DNA of 64,000 bases from Pelomyxa schiedti (taxonomy: Eukaryota > Protista > Evosea). The notes beneath the pieces were generated by a model. It was not told where the DNA came from, made no database searches, and saw nothing but the letters and a program-made list of their open reading frames with translations. The DNA lies in contig JAHLWZ010000068.1 of the NCBI GenBank assembly GCA_020536535.1, positions 1-64,000 of the forward strand, written 5' to 3'. The translations under genes were made by a program, and so were the position numbers. The first letter of the stretch is position 1. Every line of letters starts with the position of its first letter. Below are positions 12,949 through 26,149 of this stretch, one piece after another.

Positions 12949-14288
12949 ATGCTAATGGGATCAAGGCTGTGCCCTATCGGCAGGAAAGAGGAAACGGAAC
13001 CTGCTGCAGTTGCTGTGCACAAAAATGATGGTGATTGTGCCGCTGTGGAACAACCTACTACACAGGGCGATCAGCAGCCACAGGGAACAACAGCTGACTT
13101 GGAGAAGCAACATCAACAACAAGAGCATGGGCAGCAACAGCCACCGCCGGAAACATGCCCTGGGACAGTGGTGGTTGTGAGTGGCGATCCGCCGAGCACG
13201 GAGGAAGTTGCTATGCAATCCAGTGGAATCACAAGCACCGAGAACGATGTCATAGTTCAGCACAGGGAGGGGGGAAGCTTACCTACTGGGGGGAATTATG
13301 GGTGCGGTCCGGCGACGTCGGTGGTGGATCCCGTGCCCGCCCGTGAGAATGATCGCCCGCTGTCTGCAATAGAGAGGGTACGGGCAGAGTTGCAGCAAGA
13401 TCTCAGGACACTTTTCCGGCAGGCTGAAGTTGCTGGGTATCAGCTTCCGTGGGCAAGTTGGGTTCCGCTGGACTATAGTCAGCTTAAGGGTGTGGTTGCA
13501 TATGGCGAGAAAGTTGGCTTCTTCAAACCTGGGCAGACGGTATACCTTGCTTGTATTCAGCAACAGCGATCACAAATTAATGTGCGGTTGTTGTGAATTT
13601 ATTAGGTAATGGATATGGGATGTGGGACGGGGACGTCTTCACTTGTGTGGGCTTCAATGGGATATAATGTGATAGGCATAGAACTGAACCCTGCACTGTA
13701 TGGAAAAGCCAATTTACATGCCCAAGAGTGGAAAGAGATACTTACTCGATGTGGCGGTAGCTTCACTGTGTACCAAGGCAGCTATTATTCAAAAGAGGTA
13801 CTCAACAGAAAGCTAGAATTCCATACTGAAGCAAGAATTTTCTGACTTTTCCTCCACTGTAGTACATTCGCGCCAGAGAAGCCAAGGAAGCCAAAGCCGA
13901 GCAGTATGAGACCTCATTTGAGTGCAATGTGTTCTTCCCAGTATCAGAGCCTGAGGTGTACGTGACACATGGGATAGACATCAGAGCCATCGACATATTC
14001 TACTGCTTTGCCTGGAAGAAGCAAACACCAAGCCTGCAGGAGATGTTTGCGCGTGAGTCTGGCCCGCAATCCACAATGGTGCTGGTAAACTGCAACAAGC
14101 CTGAGCCGGATTTGGGTGTTACCTTGGCATGTCCCATATGGAAGGTTTTTCCATGTTGCTATTGAATTCGTTTGCACTAATTTTTTTTGTTTTTTGTACA
14201 GTACAACGACCCACATAGTTACTTGGTAGCATACCTTAAGAAGGCAACACCTGCACCAAAGAAGGAGGAAAGTGAATCACGAGTGTAA
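12949..14288 (+). CDS. Class I SAM-dependent methyltransferase with Gln-rich N-terminal extension
   Basis: Spliced GQT|VMDMGCGTG (motif I), VIGIELNP (motif II), YQGSYY, IDIFYCFAW; TAA 14286-14288. Confidence 0.8.
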
Positions 14289-14483
14289 AAACAAAAAAAG
14301 GAAAAGAAACAGTCTTGTGCAGCATCACCTACTTGGGTTTTTTTTCTTTTTTCGTCTTTGGGACCCGGGTGGGACATGATGGACAGTTGCACCTGTAAAA
14401 TGACCATTCGCCCGGCAGTCTCATAGTTGTGAACTTTTTTTTCAGCAGAAATCAAAGTATCATTTTTTATTTAGACCGCAGAC

Positions 14484-15178
14484 ATGGCCGGAGGGTACGC
14501 CTAGTTCGCGACAAACACAAACACAAACGCGTACAGTGCATTATAACTACCATACATCGCTATGATTTGTGCTTGCCGTTTTCTTCTGCCCTTTTTTTTT
14601 TTCTCTCTTACGTACACAATTAACGTTGGGTTTGTGCAGACCCAGGGGCATGCACGCTGCCCGTAAGTTGAAAAAGACACGCAAGAAGCAGAGGTGGGCC
14701 GACAAGAAGTTCAACAAGTCACACTTGTCCACGCGGTGGAAATCCAACCCATTCGGAGGCAGCTCCCACGCCAAGGGAATCGTACTCGAGAAGGTGGGTA
14801 TTGAGGCCAAGCAGCCTAACTCTGCCGTGAGAAAGTGCGTTCGTGTTCAGCTGATCAAGAACGGCAAGAAAATCGCCGCTTTCGTACCACAAGACGGTTG
14901 CCTCAATTTCATTGAAGAAAACGTATGGCCTGACCCTCACTTCTTGAGTTGCTCGTTACCTATTAATCTGTAAAGTTGTAATATATAGGGCATAATATAC
15001 CTTCTCACGTTGACCAAATTCTAACAACCCAATGTAGGACGAAGTTCTTGTTGCTGGTTTTGGACGTTCCGGCCACGCTGTTGGTGATATTCCTGGGGTC
15101 CGCTTCAAAGTTGTCATGGTCTCTGGTGTATCTTTGAATGCACTTTTCAGAGGAAAGAAGGAGAAGCCCCGTTCATAG
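14484..15178 (+). CDS. rps23: 40S ribosomal protein S23 (uS12), 3 exons (14484-14494, 14640-14922, 15038-15178)
   Basis: [14 protein letters not shown]...[68 protein letters not shown]...KKEKPRS. Confidence 0.98.
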
Positions 15179-15339
15179 CTTCTTGTTGTTACCACAAGTT
15201 GGGAAAAAAAAATGTAAACTATTTTTTTTTGCACCACCATTTTTGAGGTCTTTTTTCTCAGCATGTAATGAGTGCTTGGTGGGGATAATTTGTTCACATT
15301 TGATTGGAGAAAGGCTTTTCTAGTGTCATTACATTGGTT

Positions 15340-17420
15340 TCACCACCTTGGCCTAGCTTGTGACGAGTTGATGATTTTCTTGCCATCCAAAAGAACTACA
15401 GTGAGGGTGTGTTCATAGACTATAATGGCCGCGGCAAACGTGGCATCCACAAAGTGTGATGAAGAAAACACAGTGAGTGTTGTTGCACCTTTGGATATTG
15501 AGATTCCTTGCTGGTGGGTCACATTTGAGTGCCGTTAGTTTAAGGGTATTGGACAGTCTTTGTTAGGTTGCGATTTATGCCGCTTTGTGCATTCGGGTGC
15601 GAGAGGGATGGAACTTATGATACCGATGTGAATTCATGGCCTCGGACAATGTGAGTGCATCCACTTTGTTGGAAGAAGTCCATTATCGCTCTCTTTCCAA
15701 ATGCAATGCACATATCAGGGTCCCTGGGGCTCGGAGCAAAGTCAACATCCCCTTTTTATGGTGGTTGGTTGGGTTTCTGCTTTCACATGCCTTGAATGAG
15801 GGGAAACTACCTGAGCAAGGGGAGCTGACAGGATCGGCCCATAGAAGATCGAAAATGCACTGGTCTGTCGTGTTTGGTGGTCGTGTTATCTAGATAGATG
15901 ATGTTTTACTCAGTTGTCTTGGGGTAAATTCAGAGTTCTTACCGATTGAATATGTGGTAGAAGACAAAAGCCCGGTTGACGCAGACATCTTGGTAACCCT
16001 CCATGAACGCAAAATATTTCTTTATCAACAACAGCAGCAAGAGGGAGTATGTCAAAGAGATGATAAAACTTTAAGCACAATGCCCGGCCTAAAACAAAGA
16101 TTACATAAGTAGCCGCAGGGACGGGTTCACCTGCTTGCATGCCATAATTACTTAGACATTGATTTACAAAGTTCTCTGGGTCAGTCCTGCTGTGCCCTAC
16201 ATCCTGTGTCTCATGGTTTCCCCTGAGTAGAAAAACCTTGAACCGAAAAAGTTTTACATTACAAGAAAAAGTCAGAGAGAAAATACCTACTTCAGTTGGA
16301 TATAAAACTTTCAGACAAAGCAATAGAGTGATCGTTTCTATTCCGTGAGGACCTTTATCAACTAGAACAGAATGATGAAAATTAGTGCACACAAAGTCCC
16401 TCGTAAACCAACCATAATCTCCAAGAAAGAGCAGCTTTGATGTAACGAGTTCCATGTTCAGAACACCGAACGTGTCTATGAAGTGCCGAAGATCCTAGAG
16501 ATGTTACTCACTGAGAACTGACACAGACAAAGAAATACTTTATAGTTCCCATGAAGGTCACCAAATAAAATGACTGGAGAAGGGATATTTAATAAAGTTG
16601 GCTCACTTTGTAGAATAGGAAAGGCAAAATCAATTAACTGTATAATATCATTTGCATTCACTGGAGCCCCAGACCATCTATCACCGAGGTTAGAAAATAC
16701 TTTACGAACTTCAGTGAAAAACTGCCTGTGAGATGGGGAGCAGGGCTGAAAGACATAGTCAGGGTGAGGGAGAAAGTGGCTGACATGGTAATCCAAAATT
16801 TTTTTTGCGAGACATTTGTGAGGCAGCAGCGGCTCGATAGGGAGGTTGCCCACTGATTCTCAACACAAACGTGCAGTGCCGTAAACAATGGTAGGAAACG
16901 ATGGAACATAATATGTAATTTACAATCACTACTACACACCAAGAGTGTCCTGATTATGTACAGCACTAGTCAGTTGTCTAGTGACTATTCCCTCTCTTGT
17001 TGACTGGTTTAATTTAGTACAAACAGGGGAAAAAAAACCCAGAGAGTCACCTCATACACAATTGAGTCCACAACATACTCTATAAAGACCTTACAACCAA
17101 AGGGGAAAAAAGGGAGTAAGCCAACTTGGTGTCGAGGGTAAAAAGTAGTTCATCACCCCAAAACGAAATTGTCGTTACAATTCGCATACTATCAGTGATG
17201 TTGTTGGAAATGGGGCTGTGCCTCTGAATTCTATTGGAAGCCAATAGGGAAGAGCCTGATATACTTAGCTTAGCTCTGGTTGTTCTGGGTGGTGCCCATC
17301 ATTGTAATTAGAACTAGAGTCCCGGCTGCCAATTGTTTGTACCTTGGGTTCTTGAGACCCTGGCTTGCCATCGATTGCACTGTTGTTGGGAGGGAGTTGA
17401 GTATCACCCCCGAGCATACA
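15340..17420 (-). CDS. Ser/Thr protein phosphatase (PPP metallophosphoesterase family)
   Basis: GDLHG, spliced GDYVDKG, LLRGNHE, IFCVHGG, IVRGHE, TVFSSS motifs. The 5' end is unresolved (about 17370-17700). Confidence 0.88.
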
Positions 17421-17797
17421 ACTCCTACCGGAACTCAAGGCTGGTAAGAAGAGAAAGCTCAATGATGAGTTTCACGAAAAGACCTTTGCCTGTGCGAACA
17501 ACGAAATAAATGAAACAGGTCAAGGCGGAGGTACCCCACCACCATTACCAACCAAACGCGTTGTGAATTATGGGTCTGCGTGAGGGGTGTGACTGTGAAA
17601 CAGTTTAACGAGATCGGCGTGTACGAGTCGTTTGCCGAGAGATTACGTGTCGTTGATGTTCAACTCACCGCTCTCGTCTCCTCGTTCGTTTTTTGTTCCC
17701 TTTATTGTGTTGTGTTGGCACAACAGATAGTTTATTTTTGGTTTTTTTTTTTTTTTGTTTTTTGGAAGAATGGTAACAGGGGAAAACAAAAAGGTCG

Positions 17798-18600
17798 TTG
17801 CAGAGAAGAGCAGCCTTGTTGGTTGAGGGTAATGAAGATTTGGACTCTTATCAGACTACACAGACTTGTTTTTCTGGTCAAACGGCAACAATGAGCACAA
17901 AACAAGGATGCAATGGGAGACCCTCCCTCGCAACAAACACGTGCGGCGCTTCCTTGTCAGATTCCATGGGCCCATCTTCTGATGCTGTGCAAAAGCTGGT
18001 GGAGTGGTCAGACTTGGTAACTCACAGCCTCATTCCTACGAAACGAACCTCATGCACATTCTGAAGGTATCCGGCGCGTGTGCCACTGCACATTCAGTGG
18101 ATCAGGAGACTGGGGACATCACGCTTAGAGACACTCTGCATCATGACAGATATCACACTACAATGTTCACCAGGCCGAATTTTGCTTCCCAGACCTTGAG
18201 CACGAAATCCAAAATCAGAACTGTACCCAAAGGTACTGGAAAGAGCGTGAAGTTCGCTGCTGGACCTGGCAGTGATCAAGCCGGGAGTGCTGCCAAGCCA
18301 GAACCCACAGCAGCCAGCTCAACAGTTCCCGGTTTGGATTCCACCCCCGCCTACAAACAACCTAACATGAACACAGATGATTCTTCTCCCCATGCGAGTG
18401 TTCCAAAATCCAGCCGAGCGGCCTATGCTCGGTTTTTGAAGGTCTTTATTCTCCTCTTTTTCTTCACTGATTCAAACAAACAACAAGGCGCTGGAGAGCC
18501 GAACCAATCTCAACCTCGATGGCTGAAGTTTGGAATCGGAGCGGTGTTTACGCGGTTTGTGAATGTGTTTACAAGTGTACAAATTGGGGATAAAAAGCCA
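17798..18600 (+). CDS. Hypothetical protein (low complexity, multi-exon), boundaries uncertain
   Basis: Open frames 17798-18064 and 18004-18669 joined by plausible GT-AG introns; no domain recognised. Confidence 0.4.
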
Positions 18601-18660
18601 TTTTGTGTAATTCTTTTGTTAGAGCATAACAAAACAAGTTTCGTATTGCTTTTTCTTTTG

Positions 18661-20620
18661 TTAGAGTAGCAAACAACCTTTTGCTTGCAAAGCAGGGCCA
18701 TATGAGGCAAGCTTAAAAGCAGCCTCAAACAGGGAATAAACCCCTTGTCTTGTAAGTGCACTGCACTCCATGTAGAGTAGGTTGCCCATTTGCATTGCCG
18801 TTTTGATTCCATCTTGGTATGTTAGAATGGGTTTGCCAGGTTGCCTCAGGTCTGTTTTTGCAGCAGCAACAATGCATTGGGCATTGGGGCAATAGTGCTG
18901 AACCTCTGGGTACCATTTTTCTGCTACATTGTAATAGGATGTTTTGTCATCCACGGAAAATATAAGAATAAACACATCAGTATCTATGTAGCTCAATGGC
19001 CTCTGGTTTACAATTCGTGGTGAGTAGGAAATTTTTGTAACACACAAAATGCAAACCAGGCGATCAAACTTTGTTTGTCCTGAAGTGTCCCATAATTGGC
19101 ACATCACAACCTTCCCGTCAATAATCCTTTTCTCGCTGTAGTTGTCAAAAACCTGTGGGATATTTTTTCTTTTTTTTTCCTGGTTAAGCATATACTACTT
19201 ACAGTTGGGACATATTCGGAAGGGAATGTTTTCGTTGTATAAGAAATTAGCAGACAGGTCTTGCCACATGCATCATCACCAACAACCACAACTTTGGCAG
19301 TGGATTTGAAGGGTCTTTCAGCCGAATTCTTAAGCTTAATCAAATGTGAGGATATAAAAAGCCATGTGCGGATAATATACTGGATGAGTAAGCAACCAGA
19401 GTGCAATATCCGGATTGCCAGAGGCAGTTTCCATTGCACTTTTGATTTTCAATTCATCATTTTGACCTGCTGCAAAAATGTACGGTGCTTGATCAGGGAA
19501 CAGCTCCGTGAGTGCATGTCTGAAGCTCCCTGTTGAGGCTTCATTTACAAGTTGCACTGCTGGTGATGTGATGTTGTTTGCTACAGCATTTATAGCACGC
19601 AGCGCAGATATGAGAGACACGTGAGATTCTGCGGGCCCGGCACTGTGGCTGCGGGGTGGTCTTGGTCCCCTGGAATCTAGGCGTCCTCGTTCTTTCCTTG
19701 TCTCGGACTGCACTGACTCCGGGGGTGGAACTGCAGGGTGTGTCGACGAGGTGGTGGTAGTAACCTCATCACTGATAACGGATACAGAAATTGTGGGAGT
19801 TGGGTTAGTAGCAATGAAACGAGGGCTGTGCTGCAGTGCAGAAGATGCAGTTGTATCAGAGATGTCTGGCGATTGGATAGTTGCAGTACATTCTACGCCA
19901 GTTGTTGAAAGTGATGGGGCTAATGGATTTGATGGTGCCGGACTTGGAGGTGAAACGGCAGGTGGAAGAATAGGCTCCGGATGTGTGGGAGTTTGTTCAC
20001 TTTCTGTTTGGTTAAGGGCACTTATTGCACCCCTCAATTTGACAACAGTTCCTAGTCCAAGGCCCACCGCAAATAGATCCTTATCTCTCAGCCCAGAAAC
20101 TACAGCCATAGTGTCAAACAGTTCTCTCTCAAAAACGGTCCAAACTTCTGGCATCCCCAAAGCTGCCAACCACTCATCAACAACCTATTTCTTATTGTAA
20201 AACAGGGGAGAATGAGAGTAAACGAAACATGTCTACAACCAACAACACAAAATATAAAAAAGAAACCAAGGAAAACTTTTGCATTCCCAAAAAAAAGCTG
20301 GGGGAAAAAAAAAAAAAAAACCAAGAGAAAAAACAAAAACCCCATGACCAACCACACACCATAGTATTGATATCTGCAGCACCAAAAACATATACAGGAC
20401 GAGGAACCCTGGCCCTGAGGTCACCGAGCGCTGTCCTCAGCCTCACCACGTGCCCCCTTTTGACGTCCGGGTACATTGCCAGCCGTTCCAGGTCCTCGTC
20501 ACTAATCCCGTGTGCCACGTGCCGCAGGTCGCAGGATCGAAACCCGGCCGACTCAAACGTCGGCCACAGCTCGCCGCACCCAATGTCCGTCAGCCATTCC
20601 CCAACTGATTCGACCGCCAT
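18661..20620 (-). CDS. SAM-SAM-(Pro/Ser/Thr linker)-UBA-like-Rho GTPase fusion with CAAX
   Basis: SAM1 [18 protein letters not shown]...GHVVRL; SAM2 [17 protein letters not shown]...GTVVKL; UBA-like ALTELFP...[17 protein letters not shown]; Rho [45 protein letters not shown]-terminal CLLL. All four introns are phase-consistent. Confidence 0.88.
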
Positions 20621-20857
20621 TCACGGAGCCGACTCGACAACACCCCTCGATCCCCTTCTCCCACAATTGCAAACTGCCTGGCTCAGCGGCACCTTGTGAA
20701 GTGAAAATAACTGACCACTGACAATCCGCACCAAACGCCACACTGTTTTTTTCGCTTTCTTCGGCGGTGTTAGTGGAAAGTGATCATTTGATACTGGTGT
20801 GAGCGTTCATGTGGGGGACTGGAAGGAAGTGCTTGAACTGAAATGGAAATTCTTTAA

Positions 20858-22461
20858 CTAATTTGACTTTTTTGGGGTGGGTTTTTGTTTGTTGGTGGGT
20901 TTGGTCTTGGAGGCAGTGGTATTTGGAACTTTTTCTTGCTTTTTGGGAAGGGGCAGTGTGAAAGTGGCACTTGGCTCAAACCTGGTCACTGAAGCCCATG
21001 AAAGACATGGTTTAGAAGTGGTCCCCCTTTCCATTGTAATCCCCAGGGTAGTGTCTGGTTCGGGGTCATTTTCCATTCCAGGGACTGATGTTACATGGGT
21101 TCCAGTGAGTTCACTTGGGCTTGCATTTGGTGGGTTCTCGGGTTTTGGTTTCCGCTTAGTAGTTTCCTTTTTGGCAGTCACGGGTTTCTCTGGTGTGGGG
21201 TTCTCTGGCACGGCAACTCCCTTGGTTTTAGATTCTGGGTGTTTGGTGGTGTCTGAAGTTGGCGCCATTTTCTCTTTGGTGGGGGTTGCTTGAGAAACGG
21301 ATTTTTTGGGCCCTTTCCCCTCTGTCATAGTTGGTGCTGCTTTGACAGGCTTTGATACACTTTTCTCTTCAGTGGGGTGCACTGGGGCAGTTTTTGTTGG
21401 TGGAGCTTTTGTGAACTCTTTAGCTCCCAACTTGGCCTTATTCTGTCTTGTTTTGGCTCCCATACTAACTTCTGTTAAGTGTTCTTGTTCAGGTTCGGGT
21501 TCCATCTCTTCATCTGGAAAAGATTCAAGCTCCTCTTTGATGGCCTTTTGGTTTCGTGTGGCTGCTGGTTTCGCGCTTAATGTTGTGGATGAACGGATTT
21601 TTTTAGAAGGTTGTGATTGTGGAAGTTCATCAGCACCTTGTTCATCTGGTTCTGGGTTGGTAAAAGATGATTTGAAGGAACGAGAGATTGATGGTACTGT
21701 GGTGTTCTGTTGCCTAACTGGGTCAGTTTGGTTGGAAGGCTCGGGTATTTCATTTGCAAAAACGATTTTTGTTGGCTTCGTCAGATAGGCCAAATCAATA
21801 ATAGTCTGCGCCACATAAGCCAAGGCGGATGGGAAATGTTTCTCACACTTTATTTGTTGTCTTGATTCTTTCAACTTCCGGCTTCAACCACTCAGGTACT
21901 TTTTCTTCGGGTTCTTGGTTATTCAGTGATACTTCTTCCCGCACATTCCGAAGTTTTAACCTTTGAAGTAATATGACTTTTTTGTCATTTAGTTGCTAAT
22001 CACATTGTAACCTCTGTGTATACTGAGGAGTGGCTCTATTCACTAATACCTCACTGCCACAAACTGTTGGTGCACTGGCATTTATACGCTCCAGACCTAA
22101 CAAATTAATTAGAAAAAAATGACAACAGGGAAAGCAAAGAGTACAAGCAACAAAATAATAGATAGCAGATAGATTCCCTACATGTTTCCACGTCCACCTC
22201 TGGCCCACCGGTGGCCGCCAAATCGAAAAACGCGAAACCACGTGGAACCCCGTCGTCGTCCACGGGCACGTCCAAGTTGGACACCGAGCCCCACTTGGAA
22301 AAGGCTTCCTCAATCCCCCCCTTGAGCGTGGCGACCGTGTCCCACCCGTGTCCCGTTGGGGTCCTCAGTGGCCACATTGGGGGTGGGTTGTTCCTCCTGA
22401 CGTGAAGCCGAAACCGAGCAGCAATGCACGACGTCGAAGCCGTCGCCCTTGTCGCCGACAT
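20858..22461 (-). CDS. RRM-domain protein with long Lys/Pro/Thr-rich disordered tail
   Basis: IEEAFSKWGSV...PRGFAFFDL (RNP1-like), then spliced exons into the 20858-21874 frame. Confidence 0.75.
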
Positions 22462-22541
22462 TCAATCGGTTTTTAATTTCTTGCATCTAGCATTGCGTGC
22501 AACTGTGGGATAGAACGGAAATAAAAGCTATTGTTGACTTC

Positions 22542-25500
22542 TTAGGGGTTTTGTTTTGGGTGTTTCTTGTTTAGACGGAGGAGGGCTTGCTGCAGTTGGT
22601 GTATTTCTTCTTGTTGCTGTGCTATTGTCTGTTGCATTGATTGGATATCTGGAAGCAGTGGAGGGGAAGGTGAAGGTGCTGATGATGCAGAGGTGATGAG
22701 TGGTTGTGAGAATGGCTGAGGAACACTGAGTGTAACCACCGTGCCACAGCACGGGCATGTGCAAGAACACCACAGCGATGTTGTTGGTGTTGCCGCTGGT
22801 CCCTGTGATGGTGATTGTGAAGGCGGTGGTGAGGGCGATGAGAATGCCGGGAGTGCCGGGAGTGTGAGGACTGGAGTGGGTGATTTGAGCGGGGGGCTTG
22901 TGCATTTCTGTGCGAGGGATGTGGTGGTGGGAGGAGGGAGCACCGGGATGGATGGAATTGTGGGTGACAGGTCGGTGAGTGAAAGCGACGGCGAGGACGA
23001 GCTGAGGCCTGGGGACTGGGAGAGGGAGAATAGTACCGGCCTTTTGGTTGGTGATACAACCTAATAGATAGATTGTTTGATTGTTTGTAAGAAAAGATAG
23101 TAAGTGATGGAGGCTCACGTTGAGAAAGACTTCTGAAGTAGTTAGAATATCCATTGAAGGTCTGAGGTCCGGATCTTTTGAGAGCGTCCACATCACAAGG
23201 GTACTCTATTTGAATTGTTTGTTTTGCGTCACCAGATTAAAGGTAATTACCTCTGATGGGAAATTGGACGAAAAAAGAGGAGGTATTCTCCCGGATAAAG
23301 CATCACTCACCAGATGAGCTCGCTCGGCAAATGTATCGTAGGGGTTATACATCTCGAATAATATCATGCCCAGGCTTCAGCTCTGTAAGTTTCAAAGCTG
23401 CTTATAAGTTTGAATGTGGTGCGTTTTCACACCTAAAAACATCTGTTTTGTTGGTGTAGATTGAGTTCTTTTGCTGCTCTGGTGAACAATAAGGCCATGT
23501 GCCTACACCTTTTGTGTGTCCCACAGCTCCACTCCCAGAACTCCCTGAAGTGAATCAGAGAAGAAAAAAAATAGATGAACCACTACTTATATCCAACTCG
23601 CAGGTAAATTCTGTTGCAAGACCAAAGTCAACCTTTAAAAAATTAAGGGGAGGGAAGAGATAAGTAAAAACTAACAATTTTGGCATTCCCCCTGTGTAGA
23701 ATGATATTGGCTGGCTTCAAGTCTCTATGAATAATTCCTGAAACTTCTTAAATTGCAATTGACCTACAAGGTACTGACCTTGAGAATGTATATGCTTTAA
23801 ACCTAGTGATACTTGCTCGAAAACCTTGGCTCATATTAAGGAAACACTTGAAGGCAAGTAAAAACGAGAATTACTTGGGAATTGAATTGAGGATTAAGCT
23901 TTCGGCCAGGAGATGACAAAATTTGGCTGAGAGTATTTCCAATACAAAGTTGCATTTGAATATATAGTACATATATGACACGTTTATTGATAGTTGCACT
24001 ACTAGTGCTGGTGTTACTAGTTGCTGATGAATCTCTCGTCTTCCGTTTCTTCCATAGAATCAATTGATTTTGGGAGTGTGCTTCTGTAAATATTATACGT
24101 CACCTTCTTGAAGTATTGCATTAATCAATAATACCTACTGATTTGGTTTTGTTTCTAGTAGTGTCATTCTCCCATTCATTGAAACTTGTATCATTAGTAT
24201 CAATATCTTGGAACACAGCCCTCCGACTTGGGTGAGGGGATCCTTCCTCACTTTCTGGCAAAGTACCCAATTCTGAATCTGGTTGGTATTGATTATCTGT
24301 CTCCTGTTCCTCCTCTTCCTCTCCCTCTCCCTCGCCCTCGCCCTCGCCCTCGTCCTCGTCTTCATCCTCATCCTCATCCTCATCCTCGCCCGCTTCTCCT
24401 TCATTGGTTGTGTTGTCTACATCCTGGCACCCACTACAAATATCACCTTCGGAAGCAACGGGTACACCATCGTCTGTTGCCTCAGTCAGGTTATTTTCAG
24501 ATTCTTCACCAACACCTAGAGGATCGTTATCCAAGTAGATTAAAAAAAAGTACAGACTCTCATTCCCAAGATCAGATTTAACACTTACAGGATCGCAGGT
24601 TGTTGTTTTTGTAGAAGGTAAACCATCTGTGAGTTCTTCAACACACTCGGTGCCACTGTCGACAATCGAGGAGGAGTACCTAATTTTTTCAGTGCTACTT
24701 GCAAGAAATTAGAATTACCTTTTTTTAGCCAAAACATCAGTACACATCACTTCAAACCATGAGGCATAATACCTCACAACGTTTGGGTGATCAAGCCGAG
24801 CGAGAGTTCTAACTTCTCTCAGAATCTAGAGAATCCAGAAAGTAAGAAATAGACTTTTTGTGCTTGTTTGCGCACCTTTGAGAGAATTCGGGGCAAGTCC
24901 CCTCTTGGTAAGAACTTGATTTGTTTGCAAGCATATTCAACACCATCAAGCCTGTGCCTTACCTTGCTTGCATTTGAAAAGGACTAATTTTCATTTGTTT
25001 ACCTTGAAAACTAAACTTGGTCAAATTGAAACCACCCAACTCCAAAAACGGAACCTGCACCAAATCCCCCCTGGCCCAGACAGTCTTGTTGCATAAATTC
25101 TCGAGTGTACCTCCCCTGTTCCACCATGTCGTGCCTGAATTGATTACATTTAAGTTCGTTTGGCTTGTTTTTGAAAGCTCATACAATTGAAAATATCTTG
25201 CATCATCACACAATGACCAAGAGGTGGTCGTCCTCTTCCAATTCTCACAGAAGCTGCCACAATCAGGCTACAATGGTATAAGTAAAACCCTTAATTAAGA
25301 ATAACACAACCAGTGACGTTGTTGGTGTTCCAGGAGTTAAAGTTGGTGAATCAAGTTGTAGCATATTCGAAACACCCTCAATGAAGTCAGTATGAAGCCT
25401 ATGCAAGTGCGGTAATATTTGGAACAATTCAGTATTCACCACAATCTAAAAAAAAGTTAATGCACCTAAATTGGGAAACCAGGAATCACAAACTCTATTG

Positions 25501-25805
25501 TGAAATAATTTGTTGTACAATTGCGAGAGCAGAAAGTCCAATCTCTTCTGATCACCCTCCATAAAGATCATTCCCAACAGAACCACAACATCCCCTGGTA
25601 CCATATCAATAAATTCAAAAAAAGGGGGATACCAACACACACACAACACAACACTAGTCCGTAAACAAAATAAAAAAAAAAAAAAAGACGGACTTATGGG
25701 AGCAGCGTCGAAACTGCCATGGACAACCACGGCCGAAGATTCTGTGCTGACCTTTGTCCTCGTAACAGCGAGGCTTGTCGAGTCACCCCCTCGCTTTGAT
25801 GACAT
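22542..25805 (-). CDS. eIF2-alpha kinase (PEK/HRI/GCN2-type kinase domain) with acidic kinase insert
   Basis: RYTREF...CLGQGGFGAVFKVRHRLDGVEYACK; REVRTLARLDHPNVVRYYASW; acidic insert; LYIQMQLC; HRDLKPANI; DFG; GVGTWPYCSPEQ; KTDVF; C-terminal coiled coil. Confidence 0.9.
24300..24395 (-). repeat. Coding simple repeat (ED)n(EG)n in the kinase insert
   Basis: Forward strand tcctcatcctca/cctcgc arrays encode EDEDEDEDEDEGEGEGEGEG. Confidence 0.8.
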
Positions 25806-26149
25806 TACCTTTTTATAAAAAAAAAAAAGCGAAATGAAGCCTTTCGAACTTGTCTAAACGAATCAACGAAAAATGGCCTGTGGTGGGGCCACAGAGATCT
25901 GGAACTGGGAATCTCGCATGGAGAGTGTTATGTTGTGAAGTGGCGATGAGAGTGGGACTGAGATCTTTGGGTTTCCAACAGTCTTTTTCCAAAAAAAACG
26001 AGGAAAAAAAAAGGCCGATAAAACAAAAAAAAAAAAGGCAGGGAATTCCGACAACACACGCTGCCTCGTAACACCCCAAAAAATAAATAACAAATAAAAA
26101 CGCACAGCAGTAATTAAAACAAAAGGGGGGCAACAACAGTAGATCGCAT

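Noticed and set aside
14495-15037. rps23 introns as snoRNA hosts
   Set aside because: I saw no RTGATGA/CTGA pair and no H/ACA architecture.
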